A model generated the notes under the pieces. The model was not told where the DNA came from, ran no database searches, and worked only from the letters and a program-made list of their open reading frames with translations. 64,000 nucleotides of DNA, from the IMG/VR virus record IMGVR_UViG_3300032293_001310, positions 1 through 64,000 of that record; one strand, written 5' to 3'. The position numbers were made by a program, and so were the translations under genes. Below, in pieces: positions 50,102 to 59,401 of this stretch (positions are counted from its first letter, which is position 1; each line of letters begins with the position of its first letter). This stretch comes from a virus.

Positions 50102-51076
50102 ATGACAATCTTTGACGAACAAATCGCTCGTAAGCCAAATCGCTATCCTTGGGCACAAGAATATATTGATGCCATGTGGGCTGGACATTGGACTCCAAAC
50201 GAGTTCACATTCACATCCGACTTACAGCAATACAAAACCGAACTAACTCCGCAAGAGCAGGTCATTATCAAGAATGCTTTGAGTGCAATCGGACAGATAG
50301 AAATATCTGTAAAGAAATTTTGGACGAAACTTGGTGATACACTACCACATCCAGCATTATCTGATCTTGGTATTACTATGGGCAATATTGAAGTTATTCA
50401 TAACAATGCATATGAAAAACTATTGGATGTGCTACAAATGCAGGATGTATTTGAAGAGAACCTCAAGCTTGATATTATTCAAGGCCGTGTAAAGTATCTA
50501 CGCAAGTATCTTGACAAGGTATATACAGACAATCGTAAGCAGTATATATACTCGCTGATTCTTTTTACACTTTATGTAGAAAACGTGTCTCTATTTAGCC
50601 AGTTTTATATTATCAATTGGTTCAATCGTTATAAAGGATTATTGAAGGATACGGCTCAACAAGTCGCATATACGGCAAAGGAAGAAACACTACACGGTCT
50701 GGCCGGTGGAAAGATTGTAAATACTATTCGTCAAGAATTGCCAGAATTGTTTGACGCTGAACTTGAAGAAAAAATTATCCACGAAGCACGGGAATCATAT
50801 AATGCTGAATGCAAACTTATTGATTGGATGATCGGTGATTATGCTGATGAAAAGATTAGTGCAGATATTCTGAAAGGTTATGTTCAGCGTCGTCTAAATG
50901 ATTCACTTGAGATGATTGGCTTCAGAAAAATATTTGATGTGCCGCAAAGCATTATTGAGTTGACTACTTGGATGGATGAGGATGTAATGGGTAATACTAT
51001 GACTGATTTCTTCCATAAGAGGCCGGTCGAATATGCAAAGAAAACACAGTCTATACAAGCAGACGACCTATTTTAA
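50102..51076 (+). CDS. nrdB: Ribonucleotide reductase class I beta subunit
   Basis: QIE.SVK.FW, EVIH..AY, ENVSLFSQF, EE.LH, DFF..RP.EY. Confidence 0.93.
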   Translation: MTIFDEQIARKPNRYPWAQEYIDAMWAGHWTPNEFTFTSDLQQYKTELTPQEQVIIKNALSAIGQIEISVKKFWTKLGDTLPHPALSDLGITMGNIEVIHNNAYEKLLDVLQMQDVFEENLKLDIIQGRVKYLRKYLDKVYTDNRKQYIYSLILFTLYVENVSLFSQFYIINWFNRYKGLLKDTAQQVAYTAKEETLHGLAGGKIVNTIRQELPELFDAELEEKIIHEARESYNAECKLIDWMIGDYADEKISADILKGYVQRRLNDSLEMIGFRKIFDVPQSIIELTTWMDEDVMGNTMTDFFHKRPVEYAKKTQSIQADDLF

Positions 51077-51081
51077 TATAT

Positions 51082-52731
51082 ATGAGTAAGGACATTTATT
51101 GGCTGAACAAGGACAGCATCACATTCCTTGAAAGAGGATATTTGCCTAAAGGGCAGACCGCAGAAGAAAGAATCCACGAGATTTCCAAGGCTGCGGAAAA
51201 AATCCTAAAAAAGAAAGGATTCGCTGAAAAGTTCGAGTCCTATATGCACAAAGGATGGTATTCATTGTCATCTCCTGTTTGGGCAAACTTTGGAAATGGA
51301 CGCGGACTGTCTATTTCTTGCAACGGTTCATATGTGTCTGACACTATGAATGCCATTCTTGAAAAGACCGCTGAAGTTGGTATGCTTACTAAATATGGTG
51401 CTGGCACATCTGGTTATTTTGGCGACCTTCGTAGCAGAGGTACGCCTATTAGCGTAGGTGGTACAAGTTCTGGTCCTGTTCATTTTATGGAAATGTTTGA
51501 TGCGGTTACTCGCGTAGTATCGCAGTCAAATGTACGCCGTGGCAGTTTTGCGGCGTATCTTCCCATTGAACATCCAGATATTATGGAGTTTCTTGGTATT
51601 CGTGAAGAAGGTCATGCGATTCAAGACTTGAGTATTGGCGTTTGCGTCAGTAACAAGTTTATGAAGAAGATGATTGAAGGCGACAAAGATGCTCGTGCTG
51701 TTTGGGCCAAAGTGCTCAAGAAGCGGTTTGAGTCTGGCTATCCATATATTTTCTTCAGCGATAATGTAAATGATAATGCTCCTGATGTATATAAGGACAA
51801 GAAGATGAAGATTCACGCTTCTAATCTATGTTCTGAAATCTGCCTTAGTTCTTCTGCTGAAGAAACATTCGTGTGCAATCTATCTTCTATGAATCTACTT
51901 CATTATGAAGACTGGAAGAGCACGGACGCTGTAGAAACAATGACATACTTCCTTGATGCGGTTATGGAAGATTATATTCAGGCAACTGAAAATATTCCTT
52001 TCCTAAAGGCTGCTCATACATTTGCCAAGAATCAGCGAGCACTCGGCATCGGTGTTCTTGGATGGCATTCATTCCTACAAAGCAAGATGATTCCATTCGA
52101 GAGTATGGAAGCAAAGATGCTGAATACTCAAATCCATAAGGTCATTCGTGACAAGAGTTATGCTGCCAGTAAGGAAATGGCTAAGGAATATGGTGAGCCA
52201 CCGTTGCTGAAGGGATATGGTCGCCGTAATGTTACTACAATGGCGATTGCTCCAACAACAAGCAGTTCATTTATTCTTGGTCAAGTCTCACCAAGTATCG
52301 AGCCGTTGAATAGTAATTATTATACAAAAGATTTGGCCAAAGGTAAGTTTACTTATCGCAATCCATATCTTGAAGCAGTACTTGAAAAGCACGGCAAGAA
52401 CAATGCAGATACTTGGAAAAGCATTCTTCTCAAGGGTGGCTCTGTTCAACATCTTGAGTTCTTGTCAGAACACGAAAAGGATGTATTCAAGACGTTTGGA
52501 GAGATTAGTCAAAAAGAAGTCATTATTCAGGCTTCTGCTCGTCAAAAGTATATTGACCAAGGTCAATCAGTAAATCTAATGATTCATCCTAAGACTCCCG
52601 TCAAAGATGTAAATCAACTGCTTATATTTGCTTGGGAACAGGGTATAAAGTGCCTTTACTACCAGCGTGGCACAAACCCAGCACAAGAACTGGGCAGAAG
52701 CATTCTTGAATGTAAGAGTTGCGAAGCCTAA
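51082..52731 (+). CDS. nrdA: Ribonucleotide reductase class I alpha subunit (no ATP cone)
   Basis: SSPVW.N, ISC, RRG..A.Y, SNLCSEI, CNL.S, AIAPT..SS, IDQGQS, LYY, C..C C-terminus. Confidence 0.95.
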   Translation: MSKDIYWLNKDSITFLERGYLPKGQTAEERIHEISKAAEKILKKKGFAEKFESYMHKGWYSLSSPVWANFGNGRGLSISCNGSYVSDTMNAILEKTAEVGMLTKYGAGTSGYFGDLRSRGTPISVGGTSSGPVHFMEMFDAVTRVVSQSNVRRGSFAAYLPIEHPDIMEFLGIREEGHAIQDLSIGVCVSNKFMKKMIEGDKDARAVWAKVLKKRFESGYPYIFFSDNVNDNAPDVYKDKKMKIHASNLCSEICLSSSAEETFVCNLSSMNLLHYEDWKSTDAVETMTYFLDAVMEDYIQATENIPFLKAAHTFAKNQRALGIGVLGWHSFLQSKMIPFESMEAKMLNTQIHKVIRDKSYAASKEMAKEYGEPPLLKGYGRRNVTTMAIAPTTSSSFILGQVSPSIEPLNSNYYTKDLAKGKFTYRNPYLEAVLEKHGKNNADTWKSILLKGGSVQHLEFLSEHEKDVFKTFGEISQKEVIIQASARQKYIDQGQSVNLMIHPKTPVKDVNQLLIFAWEQGIKCLYYQRGTNPAQELGRSILECKSCEA

Positions 52732-52749
52732 TATTATAAAAACACACAT

Positions 52750-52775
52750 AACCGCCATTAATACGGCGGTTTTTT
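52750..52775 (+). terminator. Rho-independent terminator
   Basis: aaccgcc-attaatac-ggcggtttttt. Confidence 0.8.
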
Positions 52776-52820
52776 GTTATATAATACTATTTATATATTA
52801 AACCATATATACATCTATTT

Positions 52821-53528
52821 ATGAATCGTGAACTTCTAAAAAAAGCCATCAAAAAGTTAGTATTACAAGAAATCACCAACAATCAGTTTGGTACACCTAT
52901 TCATTCAGATAAGAAGGATTTGACTGGCGAAAAAGCACTGACCAATGCAATGGGCAAGGACGCCAACGTAATGAAAATTCGTGGCACAGGAAAAACCGCA
53001 GGAGTGAAGGGGAATCAAGAAGTTCAACTAAGCAAAAACTGCGATCATTGCTATGATGTAGTATCTGTCACCAACGAGTCAGAAAGAAAGATTGCCCGTG
53101 GTATTTCGCTTGAAGCGGCAATGGAACTTGTAAAGCAGCACGCCGAAAGTTCAGACAAGACATATGTTCAAAGAGCATATGACAAGAGCCTCAAAGGATT
53201 CGGCAAGAAGCCAGCCAAAAAAGAAGAAGCCAATGAAGCCGACAAAATGGACGATGCCGACGAAGAAACGCAACTTGATATTGCCGATGATACTACTGAA
53301 AAGGCGGACGTTAAAGCGGACAAAGACACTTCTCCTATCAATAAAGACATTGCTCCTGCTCTCGGTGGAAATATTGTTGACAAGATTGAAAGGATTGTAG
53401 ATAAGGTATTAAAAGATAAAGCAGACGCCAAGTCGGCATATCTAAAACGAGACAAAAGTACAGAGAGCCCAGACAAACTATCTGTAAAACTAAAAGACAC
53501 TCCTGCTCTAAAAGAAAAAAAACCATAA
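52821..53528 (+). CDS. Hypothetical protein with MNRELLKKAIKKLVLQE leader
   Basis: Leader motif; late-type promoter motif upstream; highly charged. Confidence 0.65.
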   Translation: MNRELLKKAIKKLVLQEITNNQFGTPIHSDKKDLTGEKALTNAMGKDANVMKIRGTGKTAGVKGNQEVQLSKNCDHCYDVVSVTNESERKIARGISLEAAMELVKQHAESSDKTYVQRAYDKSLKGFGKKPAKKEEANEADKMDDADEETQLDIADDTTEKADVKADKDTSPINKDIAPALGGNIVDKIERIVDKVLKDKADAKSAYLKRDKSTESPDKLSVKLKDTPALKEKKP

Positions 53529-53529
53529 T

Positions 53530-53961
53530 ATGAAACAAAAAAGCATTATCAATGACACTTTCGAAAAGCATAAAAAACTGGTGCTTGAGCATTTGAATGA
53601 AAGACGCAGAGTTCCTACAAGAGTAAATACAACATTTGACACGACTGTAAATATAAACCCAAAGAAATTAGGAAAAAATTTACCTGAACAACAGGAAATT
53701 AAAGTTGAAGTATACGCTGAAGGAAAATACGCTGATGCCAGTTTTGACCATGAATTCGGAACATATGATCCGGGAAGTGGTTATGAGATTACCAAGGTAA
53801 TAGTAACCGCAAAAGAAAATACATATGTATTTAATGAAGAAGGAAATCAAACAAATGAGATATTATTTAATGCTGGAGACACTATAGATCAAAACTCCAT
53901 AGTATCTGACATAGACGATGAGATTCGTACAAATCTGGATAGTGCAGGAAGCGATTACTGA
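53530..53961 (+). CDS. Hypothetical protein
   Basis: Helical N-terminus ending LVLEHLNE, then a beta-rich domain. Confidence 0.6.
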   Translation: MKQKSIINDTFEKHKKLVLEHLNERRRVPTRVNTTFDTTVNINPKKLGKNLPEQQEIKVEVYAEGKYADASFDHEFGTYDPGSGYEITKVIVTAKENTYVFNEEGNQTNEILFNAGDTIDQNSIVSDIDDEIRTNLDSAGSDY

Positions 53962-53988
53962 TAATTATTAATAATCAACAACTTAAAG

Positions 53989-54016
53989 ACCCCACACAAA
54001 AAATGTGGGGTTTTTT
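53989..54016 (+). terminator. Rho-independent terminator
   Basis: accccaca-caaaaaa-tgtggggtttttt. Confidence 0.8.
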
Positions 54017-54017
54017 A

Positions 54018-54046
54018 TTGACTTCATATAAAAAGTGTACCATAGT
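54018..54046 (+). promoter_or_regulatory. sigma70-type early promoter
   Basis: TTGACT-N17-CATAGT; ATG 8 nt downstream. Confidence 0.6.
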
Positions 54047-54054
54047 ACATAAAT

Positions 54055-55002
54055 ATGAATAAGATTAAAAAGAATATGCCCACCGACACCAAGACGTTTA
54101 TTGACCAGTCTGCCGACATCAAACCCAGCAAACTGTACATGAAGGATATCAAGTGGAAGTATCTCGTTCGCAGTGCTTTGCGGGGCAAAAACATTCTTAT
54201 CGTTGGTCCTTCTGGTCACGGCAAGACGTTTGCCATTCAATGCCTCGTCGATGCCCTTGGTCGCCGCGACAACTATTTCTACATCAATATGGGTGCCACT
54301 CAAGACCCCCGTGCGTCTTTGATCGGTAATACTCACTTCAACAAGGAGTCTGGTACTCTGTTTGACGAGTCTCCCTTTATCAAGGCTATTCGTACTCCCA
54401 ATACCATCATTCATCTCGATGAACTTTCCCGAGCCCACCCCGATGCTTGGAACATTTTGCTCACTCCGCTCGATTACATCCAACGTTATGTTCGTTTGGA
54501 TGAAAAACTTGGCAGTGAAAAGGTGCAGGTCGCCGACGGCGTGTGCTTTATTGCTACAGCGAACGTGGGCAACGAATATACTGCTACCCGCGTGATGGAC
54601 AAGGCTTTGCTTGATCGTTTCACCGTCAAGATTGAGGTTGACATTCTCTCGCAGAATACAGAGATGGAACTCATCAAGACCCACTGCCCCGATGCCAATA
54701 TGAACACGATGTTGGCAGTCACGGAGATTGCTGCTGCTACCCGTGAGTTTGCTTCGCAAGGCAAGTTGAGCAAGTTCATCTCTACTCGTAGTGTCAAGGA
54801 AATGGCTGAACTTACTGTTGACGGATTCAACCTTACCGAACTTGCTGATATGGTTATTTATCCAGATTATCCAGACGACGGCGGACTTGATTCTGAACGT
54901 ACTCTGGTAAAACAGGTTGTGCAAAAGTATATCAGCACCGAGACCAACAACAATCTTTATACCGCTACTGCCAATACTGTTGACGGCAGCACCCCCTTCT
55001 AA
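54055..55002 (+). CDS. MoxR-family AAA+ ATPase (CbbQ/NirQ/CobS-like)
   Basis: GPSGHGKT, IHLDELSRA, FIATAN.G.EY, MD.AL.DRF, STR. Confidence 0.88.
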   Translation: MNKIKKNMPTDTKTFIDQSADIKPSKLYMKDIKWKYLVRSALRGKNILIVGPSGHGKTFAIQCLVDALGRRDNYFYINMGATQDPRASLIGNTHFNKESGTLFDESPFIKAIRTPNTIIHLDELSRAHPDAWNILLTPLDYIQRYVRLDEKLGSEKVQVADGVCFIATANVGNEYTATRVMDKALLDRFTVKIEVDILSQNTEMELIKTHCPDANMNTMLAVTEIAAATREFASQGKLSKFISTRSVKEMAELTVDGFNLTELADMVIYPDYPDDGGLDSERTLVKQVVQKYISTETNNNLYTATANTVDGSTPF

Positions 55003-55004
55003 TA

Positions 55005-57068
55005 ATGAAAAAGAAATACGCAGAGTATTCTAAGTTCTGGCTTGGTGAAGACTTTTCCAAAGAAAAGTTGGATGTAGATACTACATACGGACTTATCAAG
55101 TTGTCTGAATACCGCCGTGCTGTCAGTAACTTTGTGTATATTCTTACCGGCAAGAACATTCCCGTTCGTTTTGCCGAGAAGAGTACGTCAATGACTGACG
55201 GTAAGGTTGTGTATATTGGCGGTGAAATCTCCAAGGGTGAATTTGATCCTACGGTCGGCATTGCTCTGCACGAAGCCGCACATATCGTAAAGTCTGACTT
55301 TTCTCTTATCAAGACACTATGGGGCAAGATTCCCAACAATCTCGTCAAATCGGCCAATGGGTTGATGAACCACAATGATATTGGCGAACTTTGTAAGTAT
55401 ATTCTCAACGTCGTTGAAGATAGATACATCGATGCTTGGGCATATCAGATTGCTCCTGGCTATCGTGGTTATTATCATGCTCTGTATGATAGATATTTCA
55501 ATCTTCCCGAGATTGGTCAGGCCATCCAGTCCGACAACTATCGTACTCCTACTCTTGCCAACTATAAGTTTCATTTTACAAACCTTGTAAATAAGAACTA
55601 CGATCCAGATGCTTTGCCTGGTCTTCGCAAGATTACGGAGATGCTGGATGTTAAGAACATTCTTAGAAATGAACTTTCTACTGCTGTGAGCAGGCGAGAT
55701 CTTTCTATGGAGATCGTCGAAGAGATTATCAAGAATGTGATTGATGGTCACAATAACTCCAATTCTTCTCAAAAGAATAGCACCAAGTCAGAAGACGGTG
55801 ATGATTCTTCTTCTGATTTCCTTGGCGGAACTGAGGATTCGGTGGATAGTATTCCAGATTCCGATGATTCGGGGGACGGCGATGACGCTAATGGCGAAGA
55901 CGACTCGGATGATGCCGACAATACTGGCGATGGAGACAAAGAGGATACGGATAATGAAAAGTCCGATAAGCCTGCCAAGGCAGAGAAAAAAGTTTTGACC
56001 GATAAGAAGATGGCTGCTATTGAAAAAATTATCAAGAAGCAAGAGTCTTTTATCAACAGAACCGCTGCTGTGTCTCCTTTCAAGAGCAAGGTTATCAGTA
56101 AGTTGAATACTCTTGAAAAGAGTGGCGTCAATATCGAAGTCGTTGGCGGAGAAGATGGTATTCCTCCCGTCGAGTGTATCGTTGTTACTAATCTTACAAA
56201 GGAACTTATGAACTCCAACGAGTTTCCGTATACCAACGGCTATACGTCCTTACAAGAAAATATGATGGGGACTCGCGGAGTGCGTAGTGGAATTGCTATT
56301 GGTACAATGCTTGGTCGCCGCCTACAAATCCGAAACGAAGTCAAGACTACAAAGTTTACCCGACAGGATAGTGGTAGAATTGACAAGCGACTGATTGCTT
56401 CTATTGGCTATCAGAACGAAAACCTGTTCTATCAGACCAGCGTAGATAAGTACAAGAATGTTCATCTACATATTTCTGTTGATGCCTCTAGTTCAATGAG
56501 CAGCAAGTGGGAAAACACAATCTCTACCCTCGTCGCTATTGCCAAGGCTGCTAGTATGATCAACAACGTCTCTGTATCTATTTCTTTTAGAAGTGGAGTC
56601 AGACTAAGCACCAGACAAAGTGAACTTCCTTATGTGGTAATCGCATATGATTCCAGAAAAGACAATTTTACCAAGATCACCAGCCTATTCCCGCTTCTTT
56701 TTCCTTCGGGTTCTACTCCAGAAGGTCTGGCGTTTCAGGCTATTCTGGAGCATATTCCGCAATCTACATATGAATCTGACTCGTACTTTGTGAATATTTC
56801 CGACGGTGAGCCTGCGTTCAATATTGGCAATATTGTTTATGTTGATACAATTGCATCCAACCATACACGCAAGCAAGTTCGCAAGATGATGGAGAAGGGC
56901 ACAGAAGTAATCAGTTATTATGTTGAAGCGGATAAATATAATACGGATAATAATGTAAAGAATTTCAAGAGCATGTACGGCAAAGATTCGCATTTCATTG
57001 ATGTAAAGAATGTTGTGCAGATTGCTCATACGCTCAACAAGAAGTTTTTGTCTAAAGCAACTGCCTAA
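55005..57068 (+). CDS. VWA-domain partner of the MoxR ATPase with N-terminal HExxH region
   Basis: TDGK, LHEAAH, NVVED.YI, acidic linker, SG.ID.R, MIDAS DASSSM...TPE...SDGEP. Confidence 0.85.
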   Translation: MKKKYAEYSKFWLGEDFSKEKLDVDTTYGLIKLSEYRRAVSNFVYILTGKNIPVRFAEKSTSMTDGKVVYIGGEISKGEFDPTVGIALHEAAHIVKSDFSLIKTLWGKIPNNLVKSANGLMNHNDIGELCKYILNVVEDRYIDAWAYQIAPGYRGYYHALYDRYFNLPEIGQAIQSDNYRTPTLANYKFHFTNLVNKNYDPDALPGLRKITEMLDVKNILRNELSTAVSRRDLSMEIVEEIIKNVIDGHNNSNSSQKNSTKSEDGDDSSSDFLGGTEDSVDSIPDSDDSGDGDDANGEDDSDDADNTGDGDKEDTDNEKSDKPAKAEKKVLTDKKMAAIEKIIKKQESFINRTAAVSPFKSKVISKLNTLEKSGVNIEVVGGEDGIPPVECIVVTNLTKELMNSNEFPYTNGYTSLQENMMGTRGVRSGIAIGTMLGRRLQIRNEVKTTKFTRQDSGRIDKRLIASIGYQNENLFYQTSVDKYKNVHLHISVDASSSMSSKWENTISTLVAIAKAASMINNVSVSISFRSGVRLSTRQSELPYVVIAYDSRKDNFTKITSLFPLLFPSGSTPEGLAFQAILEHIPQSTYESDSYFVNISDGEPAFNIGNIVYVDTIASNHTRKQVRKMMEKGTEVISYYVEADKYNTDNNVKNFKSMYGKDSHFIDVKNVVQIAHTLNKKFLSKATA

Positions 57069-57086
57069 TGTTATAATAAAAAGTAT

Positions 57087-57114
57087 TTGACTTTATATAT
57101 TATGTCTCCATAAT
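57087..57114 (+). promoter_or_regulatory. sigma70-type early promoter
   Basis: TTGACT-N16-CATAAT. Confidence 0.5.
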
Positions 57115-57137
57115 AGGTACATAATTAAGCAATACCT

Positions 57138-59342
57138 ATGATTATCAACGAAGCCGTATCTTCTCCTGTTCTTAGCAATGTTCTTGCTGCGCCCAGCCGC
57201 TTCAAGATCAAGGCTAGTGCCAAGGCGTTCAAGATCCTCTCTGGATTCTATAGCGAGCCTATTCTTGCTATTCCGCGTGAACTTGGTGCTAATGCTTGGG
57301 ATAGCCACGTAAAGGCTAGTAATACAAACAAGATGTTTGAGGTTCATGCTCCTAACACGCTGGAGCCTTGGTTTGCTATTCGTGATTATGGCACGGGGCT
57401 TAGTGCGGATGATATTGACTCTATCTATACTACCTACTTTGAGTCCACCAAGACTGGTGATAATGACAGCGATGGTTGCATGGGACTGGGCAGCAAGACT
57501 CCCTTCAACTATACCGACAACTTCAATGTTGTTTCTTGGCATAAGGGCAAGAAGCATGTATATAACTGCTTTATTGATGAAACTGGCTCGCCCAACATCA
57601 TGCACATTTCTACTCAAGACAGCAATGAGCATAGCGGTCTTGAAGTCAAGTTCTCTGTAAAGATTGCCGACATCAATATGTGGCACACCAATATTCAGCG
57701 TGCATATAGCGTCTTTCGCTATCGCCCTGTTATTGTTGGTGCTAATATCCAGTATACTGAGCACCAGTATATTATTCGCAATAACTATTGGGCACTTAGA
57801 AAGGTTGATCGTGGCTATAGTTACGGAAATCCGTGTAATGCTTATATGGGTAACTATTCTTATCCCATCAGTGCAGATGTTATCACCCGAGCCGCGTCTA
57901 ATAGTAATCTGATTTCGTCTGCTGTTGCAAGGCGTATGCTCGACACTGGTGCCATTGATTTGTATTTTGATATTGGTGAACTGGAGGTTGCTCCCAACAA
58001 GGAACAACTTCAGTATGATGACACTAATAGCAAGACCGCTAATGCTATTCTGCACGCACTTCGTCGTATGTTTGTCGAAATGTCGGAGTATGTAAAAAAG
58101 AATATGGAAGTCCCCGTTTCTTTTTGGGATGCTATGTGTACTTATAACAAGTACAATTCGCACACCAGCGAGCATAAAGTTTTGACCAATATTCTTGGCG
58201 ACATTGAAGTTTCTTATAACGGAAATTCTGTAAATTCTAGCAACGATAACGCTCGTAGAATTATCAATAATGCTTTCAAGAACGACGATGCATCTAAAAA
58301 TTTCAAGATGTATAGTGTAAATTATACAAAGTCGGCTATTTGGAAGGTTGTTAGCGATGCGAATACAATCGCATTGTCTGGTAGGAAGTTGTATGTATTT
58401 CATACCACAAAGAATATATTCAACAAGTCCAAGGTCTTGGATTATCTCAACAAACTTGACGATGATACCAAGAAGAACTGCACGGTGTTTGCTATTGTTG
58501 ATAATACTGCTGGCAAGAAGGTATATTCCACTTTGGTCAGTTATTTTGGATGGGACAAGACGCCATATGCGACGTTGGTCGATATTGATGCTATGCCGCG
58601 TGTTGTTGCTGCTCGCAAGGCCATTACAACTGCCCGCACCGATGAAGTTCATATTGCCAACATTTCTCGCGCCTCTAAGACAAATAGAGTGAATGTTTCT
58701 TGGAGCCGTACCGCGCATGATTTTGATCCCAACAATACTTACTATTATTTCAATTTTCATTACAATACTCCCAGCATTGTAAATAATGGTGGTGAGCCGC
58801 AGGACATTTCTATACACGTTGATGAACTTGTAGATATTCTAATCCAGAACAATGTGAATCTGGGAACCCATATCTATGGAATCAACGTCAAGAACAAGCA
58901 TATGCTTTCTGTTGGTACGTGGATCAATATCGTTGATGCCGCTAAGAGTGTTGTGGCCAATGATATTGCTACATACGAGCATAAGCGTTATTTGAACGGA
59001 GAGATGGAAAGTTATCAAGTACTCCAGAATTTACACGCAAAACTGTCCGCACATCCATCAATCATTCAAAATATCAAGAATGAAAAAACTCGTGATATGC
59101 TTATGACGTTTGTTCGTACATATACCAATCTTCATAAGATGTATAATACATCGCCTTCCCCATCATTTCTTCATTTCCTCGGAGTCAAGAAAAAGCAGCA
59201 CGCTGCTATGCCAATGAATCTTGAAGAGTTCAAGACTGTCATCAATGACAAGTATTTCAATATCCTTGATGCTATTCCGGCTTATTCTAACCAAATCGCG
59301 ACTTTATATAATATCATCAACTTTATTGATGAAAAGTCATAA
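57138..59342 (+). CDS. rIIA: rIIA-like protein (N-terminal GHKL/HSP90-like ATPase)
   Basis: AFKILS..YS....AI.REL..NA.DSH, IRDYGTGL, STK......G..GLGSK.PF.YTD.F. Confidence 0.88.
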   Translation: MIINEAVSSPVLSNVLAAPSRFKIKASAKAFKILSGFYSEPILAIPRELGANAWDSHVKASNTNKMFEVHAPNTLEPWFAIRDYGTGLSADDIDSIYTTYFESTKTGDNDSDGCMGLGSKTPFNYTDNFNVVSWHKGKKHVYNCFIDETGSPNIMHISTQDSNEHSGLEVKFSVKIADINMWHTNIQRAYSVFRYRPVIVGANIQYTEHQYIIRNNYWALRKVDRGYSYGNPCNAYMGNYSYPISADVITRAASNSNLISSAVARRMLDTGAIDLYFDIGELEVAPNKEQLQYDDTNSKTANAILHALRRMFVEMSEYVKKNMEVPVSFWDAMCTYNKYNSHTSEHKVLTNILGDIEVSYNGNSVNSSNDNARRIINNAFKNDDASKNFKMYSVNYTKSAIWKVVSDANTIALSGRKLYVFHTTKNIFNKSKVLDYLNKLDDDTKKNCTVFAIVDNTAGKKVYSTLVSYFGWDKTPYATLVDIDAMPRVVAARKAITTARTDEVHIANISRASKTNRVNVSWSRTAHDFDPNNTYYYFNFHYNTPSIVNNGGEPQDISIHVDELVDILIQNNVNLGTHIYGINVKNKHMLSVGTWINIVDAAKSVVANDIATYEHKRYLNGEMESYQVLQNLHAKLSAHPSIIQNIKNEKTRDMLMTFVRTYTNLHKMYNTSPSPSFLHFLGVKKKQHAAMPMNLEEFKTVINDKYFNILDAIPAYSNQIATLYNIINFIDEKS

Positions 59343-59348
59343 TATCTA

Positions 59349-59377
59349 TTGACAAAATAATAAAATCCACATAATAT
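59349..59377 (+). promoter_or_regulatory. sigma70-type early promoter
   Basis: TTGACA-N17-TAATAT. Confidence 0.55.
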
Positions 59378-59401
59378 AATATCCGTTAAATAAAAACTAT
59401 C

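Noticed and set aside
46224-52731. Inteins or introns in recA, helicase or nrdA/nrdB
   Set aside because: Lengths are normal and the motifs are contiguous; no splice-junction signatures were seen.
57093-58817. 574-aa antisense ORF (also 53983-54924, 59468-60475 and 36311-37240)
   Set aside because: Each lies opposite a well-supported gene, has no motifs, and is explained by sense-strand codon bias that removes antisense stops.
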